NCBI RefSeq assembly: GCF_049284435.1
Contig: NZ_JBAPXX010000043.1
Span: 470-64,469, forward strand
From: Acinetobacter sp.
Lineage (GTDB): Bacteria; Pseudomonadota; Gammaproteobacteria; Pseudomonadales; Moraxellaceae
Direction of reading: 5' to 3'
Length of the DNA: 64,000 nucleotides
A program made the position numbers and the translations under genes. Below are positions 51,741 through 61,500 of this stretch, one piece after another. The notes under the pieces are model-generated. The model did no database searches and was not told the origin of the DNA. It saw only the letters and a list, made by a program, of their open reading frames with translations. Position 1 is the first letter of the stretch. The number at the start of each line of letters is the position of its first letter.

Positions 51741-52334
51741 ATGATTTCATGGTTTTTTATTGGTTTAGTGGTAACTATTCTTTTAACACCAGGCCCAACC
51801 AATACCTTATTGGCATCTTCAGGCATTCAGGTCGGATTTAAAAAAACATTTCGTTTAATTCCTGCTGAAGCCTTTGGTTATTTTATCGCCATTAGCTTGT
51901 GGGGTATTCTGATCGGAAAAATTTCCGTTCATCTTCCGCTGTTACCAACTATTCTCAAACTTTTTAGTGCTGGCTATATTCTGTTTCTCGCTGTGAAATT
52001 ATGGCGAACAGCAGAAATAAGTGAAAATCTTGAAAATGTCTCGATTCGCGCACGAGAATTATTTTTGGCAACCTTGCTTAATCCTAAAGCACTTTTATTT
52101 GCCTCAGCTATTTTTCCTGTCATTGTCTGGAAAAGCAGTCAGCATTACGTGACTCATATGCTTGTTTTCTTGCTTCTGCTGATTCCGATTGCATTCTTCT
52201 GGACTTTTTTAGGCTCAATCCTGGCCAGAAAAAACAGCCGCTGGCTCAATCAGAAAAACTTGCAAAAAACGGCTTCGCTGGTGCTAATGAGCTTTTCTAT
52301 TCCTTTAAGTTATTCTGCACTTTTAAGTTTATAA
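51741..52334 (+). CDS. LysE family translocator
   Basis: TPGPTN, LLNPKA; start moved to ATG after GAGG. Confidence 0.85.
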   Translation: MISWFFIGLVVTILLTPGPTNTLLASSGIQVGFKKTFRLIPAEAFGYFIAISLWGILIGKISVHLPLLPTILKLFSAGYILFLAVKLWRTAEISENLENVSIRARELFLATLLNPKALLFASAIFPVIVWKSSQHYVTHMLVFLLLLIPIAFFWTFLGSILARKNSRWLNQKNLQKTASLVLMSFSIPLSYSALLSL

Positions 52335-52457
52335 GCTGATCTCAATCAGCAATTTTTTGGCAACTTCAGCTCTAAGCCTTTCACTTATTTTCATTAGTGT
52401 CAATTTCAGTTAAAGTACGTCGCAATAACTTGTTTTTAAGATTTTTGGATTATATCA

Positions 52458-53027
52458 ATGGCAATTAAGTCTGATCGTTGGATTCGCGAAATGAGCGAAA
52501 AACACGGCATGATTGAACCGTATGCAGAAAACCAGGTACGTTTGGATGAAAATGGTCAAAAGCTGATTTCGTATGGCGTATCCAGCTACGGTTATGACGT
52601 GCGTTGTGCACGTGAATTTAAAGTATTCACCAATGTGCATTCTGCAATTGTCGATCCGAAGAACTTTGATGAACGCAGCTTTATTGATATCGAGTCGGAT
52701 GTTTGCATTATTCCGCCTAACTCGTTTGCTTTAGCGCGTACGATCGAATATTTCCGCATTCCACGTAATGTCTTGACCGTGTGTTTGGGCAAATCCACTT
52801 ATGCGCGTTGTGGCATCATTGTCAACGTGACTCCGCTTGAGCCAGAATGGGAAGGACACGTAACTTTAGAGTTTTCAAATACGACCAATCTTCCTGCACG
52901 TATTTATGCAGGTGAAGGTGTAGCGCAAATGCTATTTTTTGAATCTGATGAAGTCTGTGAAACTTCATATAAAGATCGTGGTGGTAAATATCAAGGTCAG
53001 ACAGGCGTTACTTTGCCGAAGACCTAA
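52458..53027 (+). CDS. dcd: dCTP deaminase
   Basis: [32 protein letters not shown]. Confidence 0.97.
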   Translation: MAIKSDRWIREMSEKHGMIEPYAENQVRLDENGQKLISYGVSSYGYDVRCAREFKVFTNVHSAIVDPKNFDERSFIDIESDVCIIPPNSFALARTIEYFRIPRNVLTVCLGKSTYARCGIIVNVTPLEPEWEGHVTLEFSNTTNLPARIYAGEGVAQMLFFESDEVCETSYKDRGGKYQGQTGVTLPKT

Positions 53028-53047
53028 TTGCTTTAAGATATTGAATG

Positions 53048-53076
53048 ACGGGACTTTATGTCCCGTTTATTTTTTT
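53048..53076 (+). terminator. Intrinsic terminator after dcd
   Basis: ACGGGAC-TTTAT-GTCCCGT-TTATTTTTTT. Confidence 0.75.
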
Positions 53077-53261
53077 GAGATTTTCATTCATCGGAAACTG
53101 CTATTTTTCGCCTAATTGGCTTTGGCATCTGTATTAAAAATCAGCATAATGGATTCCGCATAACCATAAAAAAGATGCAATGCATTATAAAAAATCAAAG
53201 ATTGGCGGCTGGGAAGCTGAAGCATAAGGTGCGGAGCATCGAATAAAAAGGAAAGAGTGAG

Positions 53262-55277
53262 ATGACTCAGATAAAAGATATATTTAAATTTCGCAAAAGT
53301 TATTTGGCGATGACAATCGGTTTCAGCCTGTTGCCTTCTGCACATGCGATGCAGGAATTATCAGATTCTTCTCTTTCTGACACCACAGGTGAGGGTGTTG
53401 CGCTCGTTCTTGATGATTTTAAAATGGTGTTTCAAGGTCCTAAAGATCTTTCTGCTGGTTCCAGTTACGCGAGAGGCATTGAAAATCCCGGACAAGCAGA
53501 TACAGGATTCATTCGTATTATTCCGACTGGTGAAAATTACAACCAACTTGGGCAGCGTGTATACGACAAAGTTTATAAATCTACATATGATAATGCTTTT
53601 CATGTTGAAAGAACGCAGAATTATGCAACTGAGTATCAGCAAGCCTATGATACGTTAAAAACTAATTTTTATGATACGAATTATAATACGATTAAGAATA
53701 CTCATGATACACAGACAAACCGGGACGCATTTAAGCAAGAATTAGTTGATTATTATTATAACACCGACTTTATTAAAGCCTATTATGACCAACGTCGTGA
53801 TGATTATTATAATGGAGCCGGTAAACCCGCTTTAATTCAATATAGTCTAGTCGATGATGGCACAACAATGTTTGATCACTCACCGGGGAATCTAATTGAT
53901 TTAAATAATAAGGCAAAAACAAATACATTGGAAATGATTGACCTTCTTTATGGTAAGGATGCGACGAAATCAATTCCTGCAACTGAATGGAGTACGTCTG
54001 GTACTAGGGAAAATATTATTGGAGCAATTGTAGATGCAAGAATTATTGCATTAATTAAAGCAGATTATGATAAAAAATTTGAAGCTGCTTTAGCCGGAAT
54101 GATGAAAGATGCAGATAGTGCTGCTATGGCTGAAATCATTGCTAGAGCAGATCAGGCTGCTAAAGCTGAAGCTGCTAAAAGTTCTGTGAGTACTTTAAGA
54201 ACTAAAGCTGATGTGTTTATTTATGGTCTGGCATTATCGAAAAGCGATGGTTCTTTAAGCACACGATACAGTAATCAGGGTTTTAGCTGGGGATCAGCAG
54301 ATAATCCTTGGTTATTCCGGGCAGGAACTGAAAACGTCAAACAGTTTAAGGACGCTGCTAAAGATGTAGGCTATATTGCTTTGGAAGCCCCATTAAGTCC
54401 AATTGCAGGGGTCGAAAGTGATAATAATATCAAGCTGGGCTTCTGGAGTGATATTTTTGCACGTGAGCTTAATTCCTCGAATGCTGTAGATCCTATAACG
54501 GGTGGGCCGACTTCAGGCCTTGACACAAATTATCGATTAAGAACTCAATTTATTGCCAATGGTCTGAGTTTTAATGGCTCGCAAGTTCGGTTATTCCAAA
54601 CCTTAGAATCTGACAATAAGAATTACAGCCAAACATTAGGTATGGCGAGTATTGTTCGTCTGAATACCAATGATCGACCAGAAACTCTAAGCAGCAGCGA
54701 TAACAATCTTAACAGTAAAGGTATACGTCTCAGTACCGCAGCAAAAACAGATGCACTTGATGGTAATGTCCCGACCCCAGCCTTGAATGGAAGTGCTGCT
54801 CCGATATTTCATGATTCTGAAGGCTTATATCTATATAGCCCAAATATTAACTTGGTGCTTGGTAATATGTACCAGCCTTTCGTTGTCGGTTCAGAAAACA
54901 ATAATATTATTTTAGAAGTGACACGTATTCCCAATATTCCTGCTATTTATAATCAAATTTATCAGAATTATGGGGGCGGACTGGGTACAACGGATTTAAA
55001 GGGTTCGACCTGTAATGTCTATAGTTGTGGTACACCGATTAAAAATAATGCGTCAGATACCACCGCACTTTATCAAGGGCGTAATGCGACTCACAGTAGC
55101 ATCTCAATAGGGACAACAGAGCGTATCTCAGGAACAAATTTGCTGCGCGCCAAGGATGGTGTCAATTCAACCGGAGTTGTATTTAAAAGTGTTGATGGCT
55201 CAAGTAAGAATTTTGGATCTGCTGTCATCGACGGTGTCCTGATTCAGCATCTGAAAATTAAAACAACTGGTCTATAA
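53262..55277 (+). CDS. Secreted DUF6160/FilA-like protein 1 (671 aa)
   Basis: Signal peptide ending AHA, then MQELSDSSLSDTTGEG; G/N/T/S-rich beta-type sequence with a Tyr/Asp-rich insert. Confidence 0.7.
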   Translation: MTQIKDIFKFRKSYLAMTIGFSLLPSAHAMQELSDSSLSDTTGEGVALVLDDFKMVFQGPKDLSAGSSYARGIENPGQADTGFIRIIPTGENYNQLGQRVYDKVYKSTYDNAFHVERTQNYATEYQQAYDTLKTNFYDTNYNTIKNTHDTQTNRDAFKQELVDYYYNTDFIKAYYDQRRDDYYNGAGKPALIQYSLVDDGTTMFDHSPGNLIDLNNKAKTNTLEMIDLLYGKDATKSIPATEWSTSGTRENIIGAIVDARIIALIKADYDKKFEAALAGMMKDADSAAMAEIIARADQAAKAEAAKSSVSTLRTKADVFIYGLALSKSDGSLSTRYSNQGFSWGSADNPWLFRAGTENVKQFKDAAKDVGYIALEAPLSPIAGVESDNNIKLGFWSDIFARELNSSNAVDPITGGPTSGLDTNYRLRTQFIANGLSFNGSQVRLFQTLESDNKNYSQTLGMASIVRLNTNDRPETLSSSDNNLNSKGIRLSTAAKTDALDGNVPTPALNGSAAPIFHDSEGLYLYSPNINLVLGNMYQPFVVGSENNNIILEVTRIPNIPAIYNQIYQNYGGGLGTTDLKGSTCNVYSCGTPIKNNASDTTALYQGRNATHSSISIGTTERISGTNLLRAKDGVNSTGVVFKSVDGSSKNFGSAVIDGVLIQHLKIKTTGL

Positions 55278-55289
55278 GGAAATATTGAA

Positions 55290-56012
55290 ATGTCCAAATT
55301 AGTCACTCTCTGTGCATTATTATGTACTTCTATGACCAGTTTTGCCGGCTTGGAAACCCTTGATCAGCAAGCATTAACCAATACAGTGGGGCAGGGTGGA
55401 GCGGACCTGAATTGGACTTTATCCTTAAATCATCTTTATGCGACAGATTTAAGTAAAGATAAAATTTCTCGGCTTGATGGAAACGATAACCCGCTCGAAG
55501 TATTTTATGTTCTAGATCCGACAACTTGTGGGGTAACAAAACAATTTTGCCGTTTAGCAATAGCGCCGAATAACCATGTCGATGCCAATGGAAATAAAAA
55601 ATGGTTAGTGTTTAAAGGCATTCAAGGCACGATTCAGATTGATAAGTTTTCGATCGATGGGACAACCATCATTAATCATCGTAATGAACCACAAACGGCG
55701 ATGCAAATTACCTTTTATGATAACCAGCCTTTAAAGATCCGTAATTTAGGCTTTAATACAGTTTCCATTGAAACGGGTACAGGTGCTGGCGCCTTAGAAG
55801 GTTATGCCAATACAGGTGTTTATAGTACGTATACAGGGCGTACCTATAATGCCGATGGAACCTATACAACCGCACCCCAAGATGTTCCTTCGTTTGATCA
55901 AGGTGCTGAAAAAGGATTTATGGGGTTGAACGTTCATGGAAATCTGCATATGTCAGGCAATTTGAAAATATTTGGTTATAACTGTACAGGTGGGGCACAA
56001 AGTCGTTGTTAG
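55290..56012 (+). CDS. Secreted DUF6160/FilA-like protein 2 (240 aa)
   Basis: Signal peptide ending SFA, then GLETLDQQALTNTVGQG; paired Cys residues. Confidence 0.7.
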   Translation: MSKLVTLCALLCTSMTSFAGLETLDQQALTNTVGQGGADLNWTLSLNHLYATDLSKDKISRLDGNDNPLEVFYVLDPTTCGVTKQFCRLAIAPNNHVDANGNKKWLVFKGIQGTIQIDKFSIDGTTIINHRNEPQTAMQITFYDNQPLKIRNLGFNTVSIETGTGAGALEGYANTGVYSTYTGRTYNADGTYTTAPQDVPSFDQGAEKGFMGLNVHGNLHMSGNLKIFGYNCTGGAQSRC

Positions 56013-56045
56013 TAACAACGTCAAGTACAGCATAAGGATATATAA

Positions 56046-58331
56046 ATGAAAAAAACAACAATAAAGTTGAAATTGCTAACAGTATGCATGTGTCTTATAC
56101 AACAAGGTTATGCATTTGAAGCTATTGAAGAGCAAGAATTGAGTGAAGTCACTGGACAAGATGGTATGGTGATTACTCATGAAATCTCTAAAGCCAGTAT
56201 TGCTCAAGCCAATTGGTATGATCCAAATCCAACTGCCAACACTAAAATGGGTTTAGGTCTACATAATGTTGAGATTACTGGAAAAGATAATAAACCAATC
56301 ATTAGTCAACTTGAAATAGATGTAGGTACCACTTCACAAGGGGCAGGGCTTCGGCTTGCTGCAAGTGTTTCACCATTTCAAGCCACTGCAGATTTAAAGT
56401 TGGTAAAGATCGCCTGTACGACCAATCCATGTAGTCAATCTGCGAATAGTATTCGGACTGCGGGTACTCAATCTAATCAAAGTTTGGGGGCATTAGGGAT
56501 TAGTACCTCTACACCGCTTAGTGTGCTATTACAAACCAGTGCAGGTCTATTTAATAAAGATTCAATTGCCAGTATCGATTTTCAGCTTAAAAATGCCACG
56601 ATTAGTCATAAATTAGGTGAAAATAGTCTGATTTTGAATGACTTTAACTTTAACTTCGCGGGTCAAGGATATATGTACATTGACCCGGATGAAGGCGTGG
56701 TACTCACCACACGAAATGGCAGTCAAGATCACTATGTGGATCTAAAGCGTGCTGAAGATATTACCGATATCGCGGCTGGCCGGGTTAATCCGACCAATCC
56801 AGGGGTTAATATTGACTTGCGTTATAACACGCCAAATAATGAACGCAAAAATATTATGCGTTTAGGGGCTTCGGGTGCAGTCACTAACGCAAGATTATCG
56901 ATGAGTGCCGATCAAACCCAGATAGGTACTTTTGATGTCAGTAACAAGGTGAATGGTGTACTAGAACGTCAGGACAAAACTGCAACAGGTTACAGTGGCC
57001 TGGTCGGAGAAGGTGGTTTGAATCTGGGCTTGTCTGCAGAGTTTACAGGTGCTAATAGTACCGGGCTTCCAGCAACTATGGCACCTACAACACTTGAGAT
57101 TGGTCATACTGGTAAGGGAAGCCATGCTGTGCAATTTTCCAAGCTCAGACCATTGACTACACGTAATGCTGCCGGTTCCTTACACGGTAAAAATGCTTAT
57201 ATCGACTTTGGGAATATATATATAAATACCATTACTGCAAAAAGTCTCGATTTCATAATCAATGAAAATATGCAGAAGACTTTAGGTAGCAGTAGCACTG
57301 TGCTTAAACAGACACTCAGTACCACCACGAATGGAGAAGATTTTGCCTATATCGCAGTGCGCGGCATGGATTTTCAGTCTATTGCTGCGAAAGCACGTTT
57401 CATATCAGATAACTCTTTGGCGGAAATTGGTGGCGATGGTGGTTCATGGGGAATCGGTATTCCTATTTATAATTTAAATGCCAATGTTGCGTTGTCTGGA
57501 ACGACTTATGGAACAGACAATAAGCAAGCAATTGCTTATAACATTATGGCATCTACAGAAGGCTATGGAATTGACAAGAAAACCGGTTTACCAAGCACAA
57601 CCTCGATTATATTGATTGATGGTAAAAATGGTGAGCATGGTGAGGCTGTTAACTATTATGCTGGTTTTAGGAATATCGATGCTTTGATCAAGTCAGAAGG
57701 GATTATTAGTTATAAAGATGAAGGTATTTATATTCGCGCTGATAAGCTGCTGATTGGAGCCAAAGCTGAGCTTGCGATTGGTCAATTACCAGGATCTAAA
57801 TATAATTGTACCAATGCATCGGTCACTAAATGCGAGGGCTATGTGCCTCATGATAATTTTTCTAAACGTGATGATGTCCTGACTAATATTGCTTTTAAAC
57901 TTGATGGAAATGGTGAGCTTCTGATTATTCCTGGTGTAGACCCAACCAGCAGTTCACCAGATACCAACTTCCTGTCATTTGATGCAAACTTTAAGTTTAG
58001 ACCCCTTACCGCAGAAGAAAATGCAAACAAAGATAATCTGGGCAGCTATTTTAGTATTGCCAATGAAGATATTGATTCAACCGGGATATTAAAAACTTCG
58101 TCAATTAACTTTAACCAGATGGAAGGTCATTTGGGTGTCAAAGCAAAAGTTCGTGTCAGTGCAGATACAGTGACTTTGGATAATCAGGTCAAACTCAATT
58201 ATGAAAATAATATTGCAACACCATTTAAAACCAATTTTGCCATGGCGACCAATGGCAATATGCAAAACATGGCAAGTATTGCACTGACTGGTGGAACTAT
58301 TCGTAGCACGATGGGAATCACACCACGCTAA
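56046..58331 (+). CDS. Secreted DUF6160/FilA-like protein 3 (761 aa)
   Basis: Signal peptide ending GYA, then FEAIEEQELSEVTGQDG. Confidence 0.72.
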   Translation: MKKTTIKLKLLTVCMCLIQQGYAFEAIEEQELSEVTGQDGMVITHEISKASIAQANWYDPNPTANTKMGLGLHNVEITGKDNKPIISQLEIDVGTTSQGAGLRLAASVSPFQATADLKLVKIACTTNPCSQSANSIRTAGTQSNQSLGALGISTSTPLSVLLQTSAGLFNKDSIASIDFQLKNATISHKLGENSLILNDFNFNFAGQGYMYIDPDEGVVLTTRNGSQDHYVDLKRAEDITDIAAGRVNPTNPGVNIDLRYNTPNNERKNIMRLGASGAVTNARLSMSADQTQIGTFDVSNKVNGVLERQDKTATGYSGLVGEGGLNLGLSAEFTGANSTGLPATMAPTTLEIGHTGKGSHAVQFSKLRPLTTRNAAGSLHGKNAYIDFGNIYINTITAKSLDFIINENMQKTLGSSSTVLKQTLSTTTNGEDFAYIAVRGMDFQSIAAKARFISDNSLAEIGGDGGSWGIGIPIYNLNANVALSGTTYGTDNKQAIAYNIMASTEGYGIDKKTGLPSTTSIILIDGKNGEHGEAVNYYAGFRNIDALIKSEGIISYKDEGIYIRADKLLIGAKAELAIGQLPGSKYNCTNASVTKCEGYVPHDNFSKRDDVLTNIAFKLDGNGELLIIPGVDPTSSSPDTNFLSFDANFKFRPLTAEENANKDNLGSYFSIANEDIDSTGILKTSSINFNQMEGHLGVKAKVRVSADTVTLDNQVKLNYENNIATPFKTNFAMATNGNMQNMASIALTGGTIRSTMGITPR

Positions 58332-58348
58332 AAATCAGGATGAGAAAA

Positions 58349-59632
58349 ATGAAAAAAATAATATTAAAAAGTCTAGTGGTAGCTATGATGGGCCTAAGTG
58401 GTCAGGTATCTGCATTAACCTCATTGGAAGACCAAGAGCTCTCAGAAGTCAATGGGCAGGCTTTATTGTCAATGGAGGTTCAGTCTGGGTTTAACCAGAT
58501 GGATAATCTAGGAGCTACTTATGACCAGAGTAATATCTCATTTTATAAATTAGGCCTGGAAGCCGAGATGGAAATTAATGCCAATATAAAAAAGCTACAA
58601 CTCGGGTGTGGCGGTGTTAATGGTGCAACCGGCTGTGATATTGATATTGATCATATTGCCTTAAGTGGTAATCCTACAAATGGCGCGGATCGTGCCGCGA
58701 CTTCAGCTCTGATTACTAATCCATTTGTACAATTTGCCATAAAAAATCCAAATCAGGCATCTACACGTGAAGTTTTAGGTTTTCGTTTAAGTGCGGAAAA
58801 GATTTCAGGTCTATTGACAATGGGGACAGAAAATAGTGCTACACCAAATGGTATTAACAGTTTCAGTGGTTATATGAAAACAAAATCTTCATCAGGAGTT
58901 GCAACAACCGCTCCTCGTGTCATGGATTATGCTGCAACTGGAATGAATATTGAGGGCACGGTAAAAGGCACTTTATTAGGTCAACCATTACCTCTTGATT
59001 TACATTACACATCTAGCAATTATGCTTTGCAGTTAAATTCTACAACAGCACCTTTTACTATTCCTGCTACGATAGTGTCAGGAACACGAATGAAAGAAGT
59101 TGTACTAAAAGGGACAGGGACAGTAGGTCGTATTGATTTTAAAGGACCATTAGAAGCAGAATTATTGGATGGAGCATTAAAATTAAATAAAGATATTACA
59201 GGTTACTTAACCGGGCTACAGACAGACATTACCGTTAAACAAAATCTTGGACTTATTCATGCTTTATATTTAAATAATCCAGCTTCACTCTCCTTGCAAT
59301 CCCAAAGCATCTTATGGCCTGGTGCAGCAGTCGCGGCAAAACAAGGGTGGTGGATGGCAATGGAAGATGAAGTGGATTTAGGAAGTATTTCACCTTCCTA
59401 TAGTGTGCCAATTTCAGATGCTGTTTTAAAGCAAACCATTGCAGGAATTAACCATGATTTAACCACTAATGTGCGAGATTGTGGAAGTCTGGTTTTTGGT
59501 TGTGTGCTAGGGAGTGCGCTTGATGTAAAAGAAATTAAAAATCCTGCGCTACTTGATTTCCCTCTCACTAATTTAACTTTACAAGGTCAAAATTTTAAAC
59601 CGAACTGTTTTGGTGGACATAAATTTTGCTAA
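58349..59632 (+). CDS. Secreted DUF6160/FilA-like protein 4 (427 aa)
   Basis: Signal peptide ending VSA, then LTSLEDQELSEVNGQA; three Cys pairs. Alternative ATG at 58340. Confidence 0.7.
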   Translation: MKKIILKSLVVAMMGLSGQVSALTSLEDQELSEVNGQALLSMEVQSGFNQMDNLGATYDQSNISFYKLGLEAEMEINANIKKLQLGCGGVNGATGCDIDIDHIALSGNPTNGADRAATSALITNPFVQFAIKNPNQASTREVLGFRLSAEKISGLLTMGTENSATPNGINSFSGYMKTKSSSGVATTAPRVMDYAATGMNIEGTVKGTLLGQPLPLDLHYTSSNYALQLNSTTAPFTIPATIVSGTRMKEVVLKGTGTVGRIDFKGPLEAELLDGALKLNKDITGYLTGLQTDITVKQNLGLIHALYLNNPASLSLQSQSILWPGAAVAAKQGWWMAMEDEVDLGSISPSYSVPISDAVLKQTIAGINHDLTTNVRDCGSLVFGCVLGSALDVKEIKNPALLDFPLTNLTLQGQNFKPNCFGGHKFC

Positions 59633-59640
59633 GTTTAATT

Positions 59641-59673
59641 ATAAAAAATCCCGCATTACGCGGGATTTTTTAT
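59641..59673. terminator. Bidirectional terminator
   Basis: ATAAAAAATCCCGC-ATTAC-GCGGGATTTTTTAT. Confidence 0.88.
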
Positions 59674-59685
59674 AAGAAAGCGAAA

Positions 59686-61404
59686 TTATTTAGCAATTTT
59701 TGCCAATAATTCTTCTTTCGAGATATTTACTGATTCAGCGTCACGGCGGCCTTTATATTCAAACGTACCTGCATCCAAGCCTTTTTCACCAATCACAATA
59801 CGATGTGGAATACCTGTAAGCTCAAGATCAGAGAATTTCACGCCCGGACGTTCATTACGATCATCGAGTAACACGTCAAAACCTGCAGATTGTAATTCAG
59901 TATAGAGTGCTTCCGCAGCTTCCATAGTTCGTGGAGATTTATGTGCATTCATCGGCACAATGGCAACTTCAAACGGTGCAATGGCAGTTGGCCAGATAAT
60001 GCCTTTCTCATCAAAGTTCTGCTCGATTGCAGAAGCTACTACACGCGTCACGCCAATACCATAACAACCCATTGTCACAGTGAATGGCTTGCCATCTTCA
60101 CCCAAGACTTTACAGCCCAAAGCTTCAGAGTATTTTTGACCCAACTGGAAGATATGACCCACTTCGATACCACGTTTGATTTGAAGCGTGCCTTTACCAT
60201 CTGGAGATGGATCGCCTTCAACCACGTTACGTAGGTCATAAACTTCAGTGAACTGTGCATCACGTTCCCAGTTTACACCTGTTGCGTGTTGATCTGCTGC
60301 ATTTGCACCCGCAACAAAATCAGACAATACTGATGCTGCACGATCAACAATGACGGTGATACCTTTTTCGACCAGACCTTGAGGACCGACAAAGCCAGCA
60401 GTTAAGCCAAGTGCTTGCAGTTGTTCTTCGGTAGCAAATGTCAGAGGTGCAGCAATTAAAGGATGTTTTTCAGCTTTAATTTCATTCAGTTCGTGATCGC
60501 CACGAAGGAATAATGCAACGACTGATGCCTCTTGACCTTCTTCCGCTACAACACCTTGAACCAATAACGCTTTCACTGAATGGGCAGGATCGGTACCCAG
60601 GAATGCTGATACATCCGCAATGGTTTTTTGATTTGGTGTATCTACCAGTTTGAGTTCTTGTGTCGGTGCCGCACGCTCACCGACAAGTACTGCTTCTGCC
60701 ATTTCAATATTGGCTGCATAGTCAGATTCAGTCGAGAAAGCGATATCATCTTCACCGCTTGAAGCCAGCACGTGGAATTCGTGAGAACCTGAACCACCGA
60801 TTGAACCGGTATCTGCTTGTACTGGACGGAAATCTAAACCAAGACGGGTGAAGATTTTGCAGTAGGCTGCATACATATCGTCGTAGGTTTGTTGCAGTGA
60901 TTCCTGGTTGGCATGGAAAGAGTAGGCATCTTTCATTATGAATTCACGTGAACGCATTACGCCAAAACGTGGACGAATTTCGTCACGGAATTTGGTTTGT
61001 ACCTGGTAGAAGTTTGCAGGCAATTGCTTGTAGCTTTTTAATTCGTTACGTGCAAGGTCGGTGATCACTTCTTCATGCGTTGGGCCCAAAACAAATGGGT
61101 TGCCATGGCGGTCGTTGAAGCGTAAAAGTTCAGGGCCGTATTGTACATAACGACCTGATTCTTCCCACAAAGACGCAGGTTGTGTCACCGGCATATAGAC
61201 TTGTAGTGAACCCACTTTATCCATTTCTTCGCGAACGATCGCTTCAACTTTATTTAATACGCGAACGCCCATCGGCAACCAAGTGTATAGACCTGAAGCC
61301 AACTTACGAATCATACCGGCACGAAGCATCAGCTGATGTGAAATAACTTCAGCATCGTTCGGGGTTTCTCTTAACGTTGCAAATAAAAAGCGACTCGCGC
61401 GCAT
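59686..61404 (-). CDS. proS: Proline--tRNA ligase
   Basis: [33 protein letters not shown] editing domain. Confidence 0.98.
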   Translation of the reverse strand: MRASRFLFATLRETPNDAEVISHQLMLRAGMIRKLASGLYTWLPMGVRVLNKVEAIVREEMDKVGSLQVYMPVTQPASLWEESGRYVQYGPELLRFNDRHGNPFVLGPTHEEVITDLARNELKSYKQLPANFYQVQTKFRDEIRPRFGVMRSREFIMKDAYSFHANQESLQQTYDDMYAAYCKIFTRLGLDFRPVQADTGSIGGSGSHEFHVLASSGEDDIAFSTESDYAANIEMAEAVLVGERAAPTQELKLVDTPNQKTIADVSAFLGTDPAHSVKALLVQGVVAEEGQEASVVALFLRGDHELNEIKAEKHPLIAAPLTFATEEQLQALGLTAGFVGPQGLVEKGITVIVDRAASVLSDFVAGANAADQHATGVNWERDAQFTEVYDLRNVVEGDPSPDGKGTLQIKRGIEVGHIFQLGQKYSEALGCKVLGEDGKPFTVTMGCYGIGVTRVVASAIEQNFDEKGIIWPTAIAPFEVAIVPMNAHKSPRTMEAAEALYTELQSAGFDVLLDDRNERPGVKFSDLELTGIPHRIVIGEKGLDAGTFEYKGRRDAESVNISKEELLAKIAK

Positions 61405-61450
61405 GGAAACTGTCCTAAAAAATTAAGCGTTAAAGTAGGGATTATACAAT

Positions 61451-61487
61451 AAAAAATGAGGTGAGCATTTGGGAATGTCACCTCATT
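61451..61487 (-). terminator. Terminator after the RND gene
   Basis: Stem AATGAGGTGA/TCACCTCATT with an A-tract (U-tract on the minus strand). Confidence 0.65.
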
Positions 61488-61500
61488 GTGTTGCATTAAA

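Noticed and set aside
53100..53261. Possible riboswitch or leader upstream of the DUF6160-like operon
   Set aside because: Purine-rich, but I could not identify a convincing stem set or a known aptamer consensus.
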